Assembly (NCBI GenBank): GCA_016839275.1 | Contig: JAEOUM010000177.1 | Location: 1 to 60,812 of the forward strand | DNA from: Candidatus Thorarchaeota archaeon | Lineage (GTDB): Archaea; Asgardarchaeota; Thorarchaeia; Thorarchaeales; Thorarchaeaceae | DNA: 60,812 nt | Reading direction: 5' to 3' | Shown here: positions 1 through 9,876 of the stretch, in pieces | Numbering within the stretch: position 1 is the first letter of the stretch | How the letters are laid out: every line of letters begins with the position of its first letter | Position numbers and translations under genes: made by a program | Notes under the pieces: model-generated | The model's input: only the letters and a program-made list of their open reading frames with translations | Database searches by the model: none | What the model was told of the DNA's origin: nothing

Positions 1-790
1 AGTGACTTCGCGCACTTTCACACGCGGCCCCTCACTGCAAGCAGCTGCGGGCATCTCGGTTTCCCTTCGTTTACGGCTTGTCGCCTTATCCTTGCCACGC
101 CCATGAACTCCCTGGCCCGTGTTTCGAGACGGATGATGCTGATTCGATCCACTCGAGTCCTACAACACAATCACTCATGCTTCGTTCCCCGAGTATCTTA
201 TCTTGTAATCAGCATCCTTTGAATAAACCAGTGGTTTCAGGTGCTTTTCACCCCGCTTCCGCGGCACTTTTCAACTTTCGCTCGCGCTACATAGTTTACT
301 ATCGGTTTGGCTGAGTATTTAGGCTTCGCAGATTGTACCTGCGATGTTCACGCGAGAAAACCAACCCGCGCTACTCTGGTTCCACAAACATACCGGCATC
401 TTACGCCTACGGGGGTGTCACCCTCTACGCCGTGTCGTTCCAGACAACCTCGGCTTCGTATGCTAAGGTAATTGTTCGTGATCCTTACACCACATCCCCC
501 TGTACTCGTCGCACAGGGATTCGGTTTGGCCTATTCCCCTTTCGCTCGCTGTTACTTGGGGAATCACAGTTGTTTTCTTTTCCTGCCCGTACTAAGATGC
601 TTCAGTTCCGAGCGTTCCCAATCCGAGAATGACCCCGGATCCATATGGGGTATTAACCCATATGAGGAAGTCCCATTCAGGTATCCGCGGATCAAAGACT
701 TCATGCGTCTACCCGCGGCATATCGCAGCTTGTCACGCCCTTCTTCAGCTAGCCAACCTAGTCATCCACCACTGGCCGTATAGCGAAATT
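1..790 (-). rRNA. rrl: 23S rRNA, 5' portion; continues beyond the left edge of the window, 5' end approximate
   Basis: The reverse complement contains conserved LSU domain I segments, e.g. GGTGGATGACTAGG, GAACTGAAGCATCTTAGTA, AGTAACAGCGAGCGAAA and CCGATAGTAAACTATGTAGCGCGAGCGAAAGTTGAAAAG, plus the archaeal-type CCGTCTCGAAACACGG. Confidence 0.95.
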
Positions 791-1144
791 GCGGACCTAG
801 TCATGTGTTGACACAGTATTACCTGTTGTCCACAAATCTGTGAACATGATTGATTATTTTCCAATCATGCCAAGGAGTTTTGTAATAACTTCGTATTTAC
901 GTTAGGTGTATATCCTATCGTTCTCGGTCAGTGTACTTCCATCCTCTGCAATCACTGCATCAGCTTCTATCGGTGCACGGCACCAAAGCTAGTGCATTGA
1001 CGGTCCTTCATCGGGAATGGCACCGATTTGATAGCCTGGTCCCGATGAGCCTTCATTCAGTGTTTAGAAAATACTGAACTCCGGACCTAACTTAGCTCTA
1101 CACTGATATTTCAGTGAGCGCTCCGGCAGCCTGTTTGGCTGACG

Positions 1145-1287
1145 ATTTAAAGCTTGCTATGCGTCGAGGGCAATTCTGTTACCAGTTTGCCAGAATCAGT
1201 CTTCGGCAACCCTTTCATAGCCGCCGGACAATACTATCTCTGCTCGACAAATGCACACTTTACTGCCGGAATTTCCGTATAAAGCTT
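1145..1287 (-). promoter_or_regulatory. Candidate tandem TATA-box promoters for the 23S rRNA
   Basis: Two near-identical minus-strand motifs, AAGCTTTATAC (1287-1277) and AAGCTTTAAAT (1155-1145), lie in the rph-23S spacer. Multiple promoters are typical of rRNA genes. Confidence 0.5.
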
Positions 1288-1334
1288 CCGCCATCTGCAC
1301 ATGTTAAAAATGGGAATCAGAGGCATTTACAGGC

Positions 1335-2042
1335 TTATGGGGTGGATAGCACCTTATTCTGGAGCTCTATCAGCTGAGAAATTCCTCTCGATGCTAAATC
1401 AAGCATATCATCTAAAACTGCACGTTTGAAAGTACTACCCTCTCCAGTCCCCTGCACCTCAACAAACTCGTTGTCACGCATGACGATGTTCATATCAACA
1501 TCAGCTTGCGAGTCCTCAATATAACAGAGATCAAGGAGAGTTTCATTCTTTACAATTCCCACACTAACTGCTGCAACATTGCCAATTATTGGTTTCTTTG
1601 AGATGAGCCCAAGATTGACCATGTAGTCCAGTGCGTCACAGAGAGCTACAAATGCACCTGTAATTGACGCTGTTCTTGTACCCCCATCAGCTTGGATAAC
1701 ATCGCAGTCTATTTTTATTGTGTTCTCGCCCATGCCTTTCATGTCAACAGCTGCACGCAATGACCGACCTATGAGCCTCTGTATCTCCTGTGTTCTTCCA
1801 CTCACCTTGTACCGATTCATACGTTCATTTGTAGACCTTGGAAGCATTCCATATTCTGCAGTGACCCAACCTTGACCGCTACCATTGAGCCAACCAGGAA
1901 CTCCCAGTTCTAGAGTAGCAGTACAGATCACCTTTGTTTCTCCAGTGGTAATCAATACTGAACCTTCAGGATGTTTGAGATATCCTCTCTTGAACTCAAC
2001 AGGACGGAGTGCTTCATTTGTTCTTCCATCCACTCTGGACAT
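1335..2042 (-). CDS. rph: Ribonuclease PH, bacterial type
   Basis: Motifs Rx[52 protein letters not shown] and EVQGTGE. Confidence 0.92.
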   Translation of the reverse strand: MSRVDGRTNEALRPVEFKRGYLKHPEGSVLITTGETKVICTATLELGVPGWLNGSGQGWVTAEYGMLPRSTNERMNRYKVSGRTQEIQRLIGRSLRAAVDMKGMGENTIKIDCDVIQADGGTRTASITGAFVALCDALDYMVNLGLISKKPIIGNVAAVSVGIVKNETLLDLCYIEDSQADVDMNIVMRDNEFVEVQGTGEGSTFKRAVLDDMLDLASRGISQLIELQNKVLSTP

Positions 2043-2176
2043 CTCACAACCTCTTTGTTTGTGTTGGAAATCGGGTATTAATTAGTGTCGGGCAACATAG
2101 CAGATACCTTTTTTGAGTATGAGGTCATCAAAAAGTAGTAGACATAATTGCTGAGAGCTGGAGGATTAGTTGTAGC

Positions 2177-3208
2177 ATGAAAGATATCCAAAACCGCTTC
2201 AAAGCTGCACTAGATGATACAGTCAAAGAATGGAAGAATCATGAAAAAGTAAGAGGGATCTTCGTCTATGGTTCGTATGCAAAAGGAACAGCCACCGCGG
2301 ATTCAGATTTGGATATCTCAATAATCTGGGATGCTGACGAGGCTCCAGTACGACTTTTGTCTACACATAAAGAGGTCCGCATAGATATGGTCTTCATGAC
2401 AATTGGAGAAATCGAAGAGGTTCTAGGTCGCACTACTACTGATGTCTTTAGAGTGTCTGAGGTTGTAAACAGATTTCGAACTTCGCAAATCATACATGAT
2501 CCAAAAGGGATGCTCAAGAAGTGGCAGCAAAGTGCAATGGAGTATTCATGGCCAAGCGGGACGATAAGTGGAATGAAGAATGCGGCGCTTGAGCTACTCT
2601 CTCGAGCAAGAGGATTTACCGATGAGAACGACTATGCTAGTGCAATCTATGAAATGCGTGAGGGGTTATTCCAATTCGGACGGGTAATTTTGATGTCAAA
2701 TAACATCTTCACAGTGCTTAGACCTTCAGAGGTCTTAACAGAAATACGTATGCTAGACCCAATGACGTATCAGCTCTTCCTGCGAACATACAAACTCAGA
2801 GGTTTAGACGAACCCAAACTTTTGATTATCCTTGAAGAATTGAGAACATGGATAGAGCGAGTTGAAGAACGACTTGCAGACTCAGAAGATATTGGTTTAA
2901 CCAATCAAGCTACAAGACTTCTTGCACAAGCCCAGAGACAATACCATGGATCACTAGGCCTTACTTATAGAGGGGATTACGAACTTGCTGCACTAGAGAT
3001 GAGAGAAGCAGCCAGTACGCTTGGAAAAACCATGGTTGTTCTCAAGGGAGAAGGTAGTCCTGAAAAAACCGGTTTCATTGCAAGTCTCAGGAACTCGGAA
3101 ACAGAGTTCTTCAATCAGATTCTTGTTGAACATGGGGCATACGACATTCAACCAGCAGAAATAGGCCGTATAATTAATGAAGCCCAATTTCTCGCGCACC
3201 GTATATGA
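2177..3208 (+). CDS. Nucleotidyltransferase (Pol-beta/MNT domain) with duplicated HEPN-like helical C-terminal modules
   Basis: GSYAKGTATADSDLD motif, followed by two similar helical segments, DYASAIYEMRE and DYELAALEMRE. Confidence 0.75.
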   Translation: MKDIQNRFKAALDDTVKEWKNHEKVRGIFVYGSYAKGTATADSDLDISIIWDADEAPVRLLSTHKEVRIDMVFMTIGEIEEVLGRTTTDVFRVSEVVNRFRTSQIIHDPKGMLKKWQQSAMEYSWPSGTISGMKNAALELLSRARGFTDENDYASAIYEMREGLFQFGRVILMSNNIFTVLRPSEVLTEIRMLDPMTYQLFLRTYKLRGLDEPKLLIILEELRTWIERVEERLADSEDIGLTNQATRLLAQAQRQYHGSLGLTYRGDYELAALEMREAASTLGKTMVVLKGEGSPEKTGFIASLRNSETEFFNQILVEHGAYDIQPAEIGRIINEAQFLAHRI

Positions 3209-3263
3209 CTAGAGAGTGATAGACGGTTAGATTGATTAGATTCAAAAATGTGATTGTCAATCA

Positions 3264-3875
3264 GTGGTCTTCATGCCTGAAAAAAAGATAGAGATTCTTA
3301 AACTCCTCAGTGTCACTCTCACACGAGATAAACAGGATGTTCTAATAGAGGAATTTAAGCGATATACAGCTGCAACGAACTGGGTCATCAAAGCCATTCT
3401 CAAAAATCGGCTAAGTGGACATTCAAGAATTAAAGAGGCAATAGAAGAAGTGTTTGTAGCGGAGCATGATAAAAGACCAGTCTATCTTGAGAATGTCATA
3501 AAATCTGCACGCGCTGAGATAGTTAGACATAACAAGTTGGCTATGACGATAAGAAGCATGAGGGATAAGACTCCGTTCTTTCGATCTGGAAGAATAATTC
3601 TATCCCAGCCAATCATCAAGGTGGGAGATAAAGCGATAATACTCAAATTACAGGATAGAACCGAAGTAGCAATACCATATGATAAACGAAGTAGAAATCG
3701 CCTTGCACCTGCCATAGATGCGATTCTCCAAGGAGAACCAAGATTACCTGACAAATCTGGTACTATGCAGCAAAACAAGAGATATGAACGAGTTCGACTC
3801 ACTTGGAACAATGAAGGCTTTGTTGATATTGATATCAGAGCTATCTTTTCGAAGAATGTTGATGTGAGCGAATAG
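3264..3875 (+). CDS. TnpB/Cas12f-like N-terminal (WED/REC) protein lacking the RuvC domain; ATG start at 3273 is possible
   Basis: The order of elements matches the first half of archaeal IS605 OrfB: LTRDKQDVLIEEFKRYTAATNWVI helix, helical REC-like region, KTPFFRS, beta-rich segment, terminal RVRLTWNNEGFVDIDI hairpin. There is no GvDlG RuvC-I motif and no zinc ribbon. Confidence 0.55.
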   Translation: MVFMPEKKIEILKLLSVTLTRDKQDVLIEEFKRYTAATNWVIKAILKNRLSGHSRIKEAIEEVFVAEHDKRPVYLENVIKSARAEIVRHNKLAMTIRSMRDKTPFFRSGRIILSQPIIKVGDKAIILKLQDRTEVAIPYDKRSRNRLAPAIDAILQGEPRLPDKSGTMQQNKRYERVRLTWNNEGFVDIDIRAIFSKNVDVSE

Positions 3876-3883
3876 AATCTAGA

Positions 3884-4765
3884 TTATATGCTCCATGATG
3901 TCACAGTTCCTGCGAAATCAGCTGAGAACACTATCTCATTTTTCGGATCCCATTGGACTGCATTGATACCTGTTAAAAGAGAACCCGTAGATATTTCCTT
4001 TAGAGTATTAAGAGACCAAATACGAAGTGTACGATCCCAACTACCCGAGGCAAGTCTCTCGCCTGTAGAATCTATAGAGAGCGCACCGACAACATCTGAA
4101 TGACCGACTAATTCATCAATCTTTGTAGGATTATCGATGTCTATTGAGAGAATTTTACCACTACGTAGACCTAGAACGAGTTTTGAGCTGTCATAGTTGG
4201 TAGCAATAGCGCGTATGTTCCCAGGAATGCGATTCAACAGCACATCAACTTCATAGGAACTCAAATCCCAGATTTTGCATTCGCCATCCAAGGAGGCAGT
4301 CACAAGTTTTGTTCCCTCCTTGATGAAGGCAAGACCTGTGATATCAGTTCCATGAGCTTGGAGATTTCTCATCGACTTAAGTGTGCTCAGGGAGAACACC
4401 TTGACCTCGCCATCACGGGATCCTGCAGCTCCTTTTCCCTGATCAGGGGTGACCGTGAGAGCTTTGACTTCAGACCCGTGTTTAAGGATAATGAACTCCT
4501 CTGTGTTCTTATTATCCCATAGCCGAGTAGAATTATCCCAGCTACATGAGAGTACTTTATTTCTATCACCAATGAAGAATGTTGCAGAGATTGCTCCTTC
4601 GTGACCAGTTATGGTGTTCTTAATTTTCCCAGATCTGGTATCAACAATTGTGATGACTGAATCAGCGTTGCCAAATACAACATATCTGCCCTTTGAGTCA
4701 ATGGAGAGGCACGTGAGTGGAGATAACATACCATTTTCTTGTCGGAATAGAGTTGTCTTCTCCAA
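3884..4765 (-). CDS. WD40-repeat beta-propeller protein
   Basis: Repeated GH...S(W)D...WD/WS units, e.g. GHEGAI..SCSWDNSTRLWD and GHSDVV..SGSWDRTLRIWS; about 7 blades. Confidence 0.93.
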   Translation of the reverse strand: MEKTTLFRQENGMLSPLTCLSIDSKGRYVVFGNADSVITIVDTRSGKIKNTITGHEGAISATFFIGDRNKVLSCSWDNSTRLWDNKNTEEFIILKHGSEVKALTVTPDQGKGAAGSRDGEVKVFSLSTLKSMRNLQAHGTDITGLAFIKEGTKLVTASLDGECKIWDLSSYEVDVLLNRIPGNIRAIATNYDSSKLVLGLRSGKILSIDIDNPTKIDELVGHSDVVGALSIDSTGERLASGSWDRTLRIWSLNTLKEISTGSLLTGINAVQWDPKNEIVFSADFAGTVTSWSI

Positions 4766-4834
4766 TCTGAATCACCAGCAAAGAACCTCTGTTGAGATAT
4801 AAACAGCCGCTGTTTAAAAGCTTGTAACATCATG

Positions 4835-5851
4835 TTACTTTTTTCTGCGAATATAGACCACAGTTATGAAAATCAATGGAACAATGATGAGAGCAGCGTA
4901 GAATAGATATTGTGTATCTAAAGGAAAAGTGACATTTCCAGCGACCTGCTCGACAACGAAGGTTTCCAGGACTCTGCCAACAATCTCTAAACTTTCAGCA
5001 CTACATTTGTCAGGGGTGTCCGCAAGAGTGTGCCAAGAATCTGGAAAGGGATACTGAATCAAATCCACTGCAGGGATGCCAGCATCAAGGAATGGCCTAT
5101 GATCATCAGTGATAGTAGCACCCGTAGTATCAAGAAAAGTATCACCATAACCCATCTGGCTCGCTATTGACCATATTGCATTCTGCAATGATGTTGTTGA
5201 GCTGCCTTCACGAGGAATAGTAAGATCAGAATCTCCCACCATATCAACTAAGACCATAGCGCGAATCGATTCTCTTCTAGAGGTGTTGAGCACGGACACA
5301 TAATATGTAGAACCCTGAATCCAATCCCAGCCATCAATCCCGCCTGAGTCTTCGGCATCAAAAAACATGAGTTCGACTTTAGAACGAACGGAGGCAGGGA
5401 GAATATGTGCCAATTCCATAAGAACTGCAGTTCCACTCCCTCCATCATTTGCTCCCAGAATTGGTTTCGTTCGATTTAGTGGATCTGGATCTGCAGAAGC
5501 CTCAGGACGAGTATCATAGTGCGCTCCTAGAAGGATGGTTGCGTTTGTTGAAGAGTTCCACGTAGCAATAATGTTTGTACATAGTGTTTCCTTATACGTA
5601 AAGTTCTGGAGTGTAACATTCCAACCGAACGATCCAAGTGTATCTTGAATATAGAGGTTGCATAGGGTTAGATTTGCAGATCCTGGCGGTCTTGGTCCAA
5701 AAGACACCTGACCAAGGAGAAAGTCGTAGGCATCATCCCCATTAAAAATCGGAACATGAGAGATTTGTGCATTTACCTGTATTGTGAATCCAGATAGTAG
5801 GATGATGACCAGTGTGATAAATCCAAAGACTCTCATTAGGACTACTGACAC
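4835..5851 (-). CDS. M28 family metallopeptidase / glutaminyl cyclase-like, secreted with a C-terminal membrane anchor
   Basis: Motifs GAHYDTRP, GANDGGSG, FFDAED, DMVGD, DDHRPF and WHT; N-terminal signal and C-terminal TM followed by RRKK. Confidence 0.9.
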   Translation of the reverse strand: MSVVLMRVFGFITLVIILLSGFTIQVNAQISHVPIFNGDDAYDFLLGQVSFGPRPPGSANLTLCNLYIQDTLGSFGWNVTLQNFTYKETLCTNIIATWNSSTNATILLGAHYDTRPEASADPDPLNRTKPILGANDGGSGTAVLMELAHILPASVRSKVELMFFDAEDSGGIDGWDWIQGSTYYVSVLNTSRRESIRAMVLVDMVGDSDLTIPREGSSTTSLQNAIWSIASQMGYGDTFLDTTGATITDDHRPFLDAGIPAVDLIQYPFPDSWHTLADTPDKCSAESLEIVGRVLETFVVEQVAGNVTFPLDTQYLFYAALIIVPLIFITVVYIRRKK

Positions 5852-5873
5852 GTTTACCTACCTAAGAAGGTTT

Positions 5874-7094
5874 TCAGTGGGATGAGAGTATTCTCGACTG
5901 AACAGCCTGCTGGAGAATGTGAGGTAGTTGCCTTGGCAGCTTCTTCAAGATGACGTAGGGGATATCTGCATATCCTATCTCTCCGCGAGCAATCATTGCC
6001 ATAACATCCGATGCCAATTTGAATCCATTGACACTGGGAAGTACTCTTTCCGCAAATGAAGTTCCTTTTGATCCAGCCCACGCGGCCATCTGAAAATTCG
6101 CGGAGAATTCTTTCTTACAAAGTGTATGATACTCGGAAAGTTGAACTGAATCATACTTGCCTTCCTCAATCGCACTTGTGATTACATCAGCTGCAAAAAC
6201 ACTCGATTGCATAGCATATGCAATACCCTCGCCCATCATTGGGTCCACGAATCCTGCAGCATCCCCAACGAGAATGCCTCGATTAACGACATTCACACTT
6301 CCTAGTCCATCGCCCCCAAGGAAGCATGTTCGTCTCTTCTCAAGGGTAAGAGGCACTCCAATTTTTTTCTCGATGTTCTTATAGAACCGATCAAAGGTCG
6401 GGCGAAGAGCTCGCATATGCACTCCTGAGCCCGCAACTCCAATAGCTAGGTGTTCCCGTTTTGGAAACACCCAACCATAACTGATTTTATCCTCAGAAGG
6501 TATTATTTCAAGGACAGAGGGATTCCCATTCGTGGCTTGATTCACTCCTTCTGCACCTACATAGAAATCTGATTCCATTCCGAGACCGACTTTCGTCAGG
6601 TCTTTTCGTTGCGGACGCAGTCCAAGGGAACGACTAACAACTGAATTTACGCCATCTGCACCAATGATGAATTTTGACTTGAATTCACGCCCATCCTTTA
6701 GACGCACCTTTGCTGAATCATCTGAAGTGCTGGCATGTATTACTGGCGTGTTTTCCATCAACTCTGAACCTGCATTAACCGCCCTTTTTGCTAGATGTTC
6801 ATCAAATCGGTTTCGGAAAACTGTGATTCCAATCATCTTATCGGAGATGAATTCGGATTTTGTACCATTGGGGAGAGAGAATCTCAAACCATAAATTTTC
6901 TGCTCTACAAGTGAACGCGGGAGATGCCCTCCAAGAATGCGGAGCCCACGATACATCACTGCACCTCCACAGGGTTTTTCTCTTGGAATGGGACTCTTCT
7001 CCAGGCACAGAGTGGTGAGTCCGTGCTTTGCACATTCGTATGCAGCAATAGAACCTGCAGGTCCAGCTCCGACGACTATCACGTCGTATGTCAA
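5874..7094 (-). CDS. Geranylgeranyl reductase family FAD-dependent oxidoreductase
   Basis: Motifs YDVIVVGAGPAGS, KPCGG, GADGVNS, YGWVFPK and GDAAGFVDPMMGEGI. Confidence 0.92.
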   Translation of the reverse strand: MTYDVIVVGAGPAGSIAAYECAKHGLTTLCLEKSPIPREKPCGGAVMYRGLRILGGHLPRSLVEQKIYGLRFSLPNGTKSEFISDKMIGITVFRNRFDEHLAKRAVNAGSELMENTPVIHASTSDDSAKVRLKDGREFKSKFIIGADGVNSVVSRSLGLRPQRKDLTKVGLGMESDFYVGAEGVNQATNGNPSVLEIIPSEDKISYGWVFPKREHLAIGVAGSGVHMRALRPTFDRFYKNIEKKIGVPLTLEKRRTCFLGGDGLGSVNVVNRGILVGDAAGFVDPMMGEGIAYAMQSSVFAADVITSAIEEGKYDSVQLSEYHTLCKKEFSANFQMAAWAGSKGTSFAERVLPSVNGFKLASDVMAMIARGEIGYADIPYVILKKLPRQLPHILQQAVQSRILSSH

Positions 7095-7196
7095 GTGGCA
7101 CGACAGCCTCCTTTAAGACTAATCTCTCTAACACCAAATGAGTCCTTGATTACACGATTATGAATTATAAACCTTGAATACTAATTAGTCTTAGCA

Positions 7197-8021
7197 TCAA
7201 CTTCTGATGAAATTGAAAGAATCAGTGGTTTCTTTGTCACTGGCTCCAAGTTTCTTTCGTATAATCGGCTCGTAATCAGGATTGATTTCATACCCTATTG
7301 AATTCCGACCCAATTCTCGGGCGACTCGTAAGGTAGTTCCACTACCAGCGAAGGGATCGAGGACAGTATCGCCTACAAATGAATAGAGACGGATACATCT
7401 ACGAGGAAGTTCTTCGGGGAATGGTGCAGGATGCTGTTCTTTTTTAGCTGAAACAGGCTGAAAGTCCCAGATGGAATTCTGAACCCAGTTTGTGAACTCG
7501 TCATGTGTGATCACGGACATCTCTTTCCTCTTCTTATCTACCGGGGGTCGTTTCCCACTCTTGGAAAAAACGATAATCCATTCATAGGGATATGTAGCCA
7601 ATAGGTTGGGAGGGTAGGGGTATGATCCCCACGAACTAAATCGTACAGCTTTTCGTTTGTCCCAGATATAGAGAGAATGAAAATACATGTTGCCTAGAGA
7701 ACTCATGAATTCCTCTAGATCTGTTAATACTATCTTGGTGATTCTACGATTGAACTTCGAGACTGTTCTTGGAAGTAGTATTGGCATGATATCGACTATA
7801 AGCTTGCCATCTGGTACAAGGATTCTTACACATTCTTTAAACACTTCACAGAGCGACTCAAGATATTCGTCATAGGATGAAGAAGACTGGCCAATAGCGT
7901 TCCTATGTCCATAGTCCTTGAGTTGCCAGTATGGTGGAGATGTGACAATCAAGTGTACAGATTCATCAGGGACCAAATCCATGTGGCGACTATCCCCTAT
8001 CACAACTAGATGGTTAGTCAT
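7197..8021 (-). CDS. DNA N4-cytosine/N6-adenine methyltransferase, beta class
   Basis: The catalytic TSPPYW motif precedes HPAPFP and the SAM-binding DPFAGSGTT motif. Confidence 0.92.
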   Translation of the reverse strand: MTNHLVVIGDSRHMDLVPDESVHLIVTSPPYWQLKDYGHRNAIGQSSSSYDEYLESLCEVFKECVRILVPDGKLIVDIMPILLPRTVSKFNRRITKIVLTDLEEFMSSLGNMYFHSLYIWDKRKAVRFSSWGSYPYPPNLLATYPYEWIIVFSKSGKRPPVDKKRKEMSVITHDEFTNWVQNSIWDFQPVSAKKEQHPAPFPEELPRRCIRLYSFVGDTVLDPFAGSGTTLRVARELGRNSIGYEINPDYEPIIRKKLGASDKETTDSFNFIRS

Positions 8022-8022
8022 T

Positions 8023-9189
8023 CTATTTTCGCCCCCTTAGACCCAAGTCCCATACAACCACTTGTTCCTTTCTTCTGGTCGCATTTATTCTGTCCCAGAG
8101 TCCACTTGCTGTCTTCGTGTACTCTCGTTCTACTACATAAGGCTCAGCCCAAGGTGCGATTTTTGAAAAGAAATCGGAACCACGGACTAATTTTCCATGG
8201 ACCATTCGATTTCCAACAACAAAGATAATGATGGACTTGTTGTGCACAACTTGATCGAGTGCGAGTAGAGCTTCACGCATATCTTTTTCATAGGTCGAAT
8301 ATCGCTGGATTAATCCATCACGAATTTGATTTCTATCGATTCCTAATATTTCCATTACTAGTTTTGTATAATACCCAGTGTAATCCAGAGCATCAAAGTA
8401 AGGAGGGCTTGTGTAGACAACATCGATGGAATTTGATGGAACTATCTCATTTATTGCTCGTGCGTCATATGAATGAATTTTGACTAACGGTGTTCCCTTT
8501 ACGAAATCAATATGTTTTCGCACCTTTCGAAAAAGCGTGGAGAAGAAATCAATCTCTCGAAGAGGGGGATTGATTTTTCCAATCGATGTTGATGTCCACA
8601 ACCATCCATTACAAGCTCTTGCGGCAAGGCATATTGCTCCATAGAAGCATGCTAGAAGAAAAGGAGAGAAGCTGTCTGAAACAGATAATATCCTCATGAT
8701 CTGCTCTGCCGTTGTTTCATGAAAATACTCAGCAGGAGCTGTAGGCATCGGAGGAACATAAGAGAGAGTGTGTGCTTTTTCAATAGAATATTCAAGATGA
8801 GTGAGTGTGAATTCTTTGTCAATTGGTTCCGTCTTCCCACGTGCTATAATACAAGCGAGGGGGTTGTTATCAACTCCTGTAACCTGAAGTCCTCGCAGTT
8901 GCGCCTCATAGATGATGGTACCCGTTCCACAGAAGGGGTCCAGTAATCTCGAATTTGGTACTAGTTGTGAGATTACATGCGCTGCATCAATAGCGGACAT
9001 CTTGCCCCTATACGGATAGATACCATGGATTGAGTGGGGATTATTCACTTTCTCAAGATATCTGAGGTTAATCTTTCTCTGAGGCCAATGAGCGTTCTCA
9101 ACCTCTGATTCATTCATAGCAATCATAGAATGGTGACATCTGGCTAATAAGCTGTCCAGTTTGTCGTTAGATGTCTCTGCAATCTTCAC
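8023..9189 (-). CDS. DNA amino-methyltransferase, alpha-type motif order, probably m4C; the true start may be a downstream ATG
   Basis: HGIYPYRGKM, then SAM-binding LDPFCGTGT, then catalytic TSPPYFDALDY. Confidence 0.85.
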   Translation of the reverse strand: MKIAETSNDKLDSLLARCHHSMIAMNESEVENAHWPQRKINLRYLEKVNNPHSIHGIYPYRGKMSAIDAAHVISQLVPNSRLLDPFCGTGTIIYEAQLRGLQVTGVDNNPLACIIARGKTEPIDKEFTLTHLEYSIEKAHTLSYVPPMPTAPAEYFHETTAEQIMRILSVSDSFSPFLLACFYGAICLAARACNGWLWTSTSIGKINPPLREIDFFSTLFRKVRKHIDFVKGTPLVKIHSYDARAINEIVPSNSIDVVYTSPPYFDALDYTGYYTKLVMEILGIDRNQIRDGLIQRYSTYEKDMREALLALDQVVHNKSIIIFVVGNRMVHGKLVRGSDFFSKIAPWAEPYVVEREYTKTASGLWDRINATRRKEQVVVWDLGLRGRK

Positions 9190-9814
9190 ATCCTGCTCTC
9201 GGTCTTAAACCTAAGCGGCGCATTATTTTCCCGCCAGGTAGTTCATCTGATGAGTCCATCTGCTTTGAAACCTGCATGGGTATATTTCGCCGGCCAACTT
9301 CTCTGAATCCGTATGTCATAATCAGCATCTGTGAGGGTATATTCGCTTCATATACTTCACAGTATACATCATCAACACCGGATTCTAGGAAAAATGTCGT
9401 AGCTCTTTTGATGAGTTCTGTTGCAACTCCTTTTCTTCTTCGATTGGGAAGAACTCCTATCCCAGTAATTTCACCATAGATAGATTCCGCCTTTTTCTCA
9501 ATGAAACATGCAATGAAACCCGCGTGTTGTTCAGCAAGTTTAGCCACAAAGATTCCCTCGGGTTCAAGTTTTCTTGCTTCCTCGGGGGTCAGGGGACAGA
9601 AAGGATCTGGTGATGCGAGAAAACAGCGATTGTACAGGTCAACAAAGGCTTCGATTTCGTTCATATCAAGTGGATGTATTTTGATATAGTTCGGAGTTTC
9701 TTTATCAATCCACCTCAATTCTGCTAACTTCAAGGCTTCTTTTGCTTCTGCCTTCATTATCAAATAGGATCTTAATCCTGTAATATCAGGCGACTCAGTG
9801 TCTTCAGAGGCCAT
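9167..9814 (-). CDS. GNAT N-acetyltransferase
   Basis: Acetyl-CoA-binding motif IGVLPNRRRKGVATEL and NxxSxxL..YGF. Start placed at MASEDT, downstream of a GGAGG site; the ORF is open to 9871. Confidence 0.85.
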   Translation of the reverse strand: MASEDTESPDITGLRSYLIMKAEAKEALKLAELRWIDKETPNYIKIHPLDMNEIEAFVDLYNRCFLASPDPFCPLTPEEARKLEPEGIFVAKLAEQHAGFIACFIEKKAESIYGEITGIGVLPNRRRKGVATELIKRATTFFLESGVDDVYCEVYEANIPSQMLIMTYGFREVGRRNIPMQVSKQMDSSDELPGGKIMRRLGLRPRAGCEDCRDI

Positions 9815-9876
9815 TAGGTATGTCCCTCCAAGAATAGAGTATTGCCTTGATAACAATGTGTTGTTTTTCACGAGAA

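Noticed and set aside
134-215. Possible oversized rRNA expansion segment at helix 25 (stem GATGCTGATT/AATCAGCATC)
   Set aside because: About 80 nt is longer than in bacteria but within what I recall for other archaea; novelty cannot be claimed without an alignment.
78-811. Plus-strand ORFs of 60-103 aa
   Set aside because: They are antisense to the 23S rRNA and are typical spurious translations.
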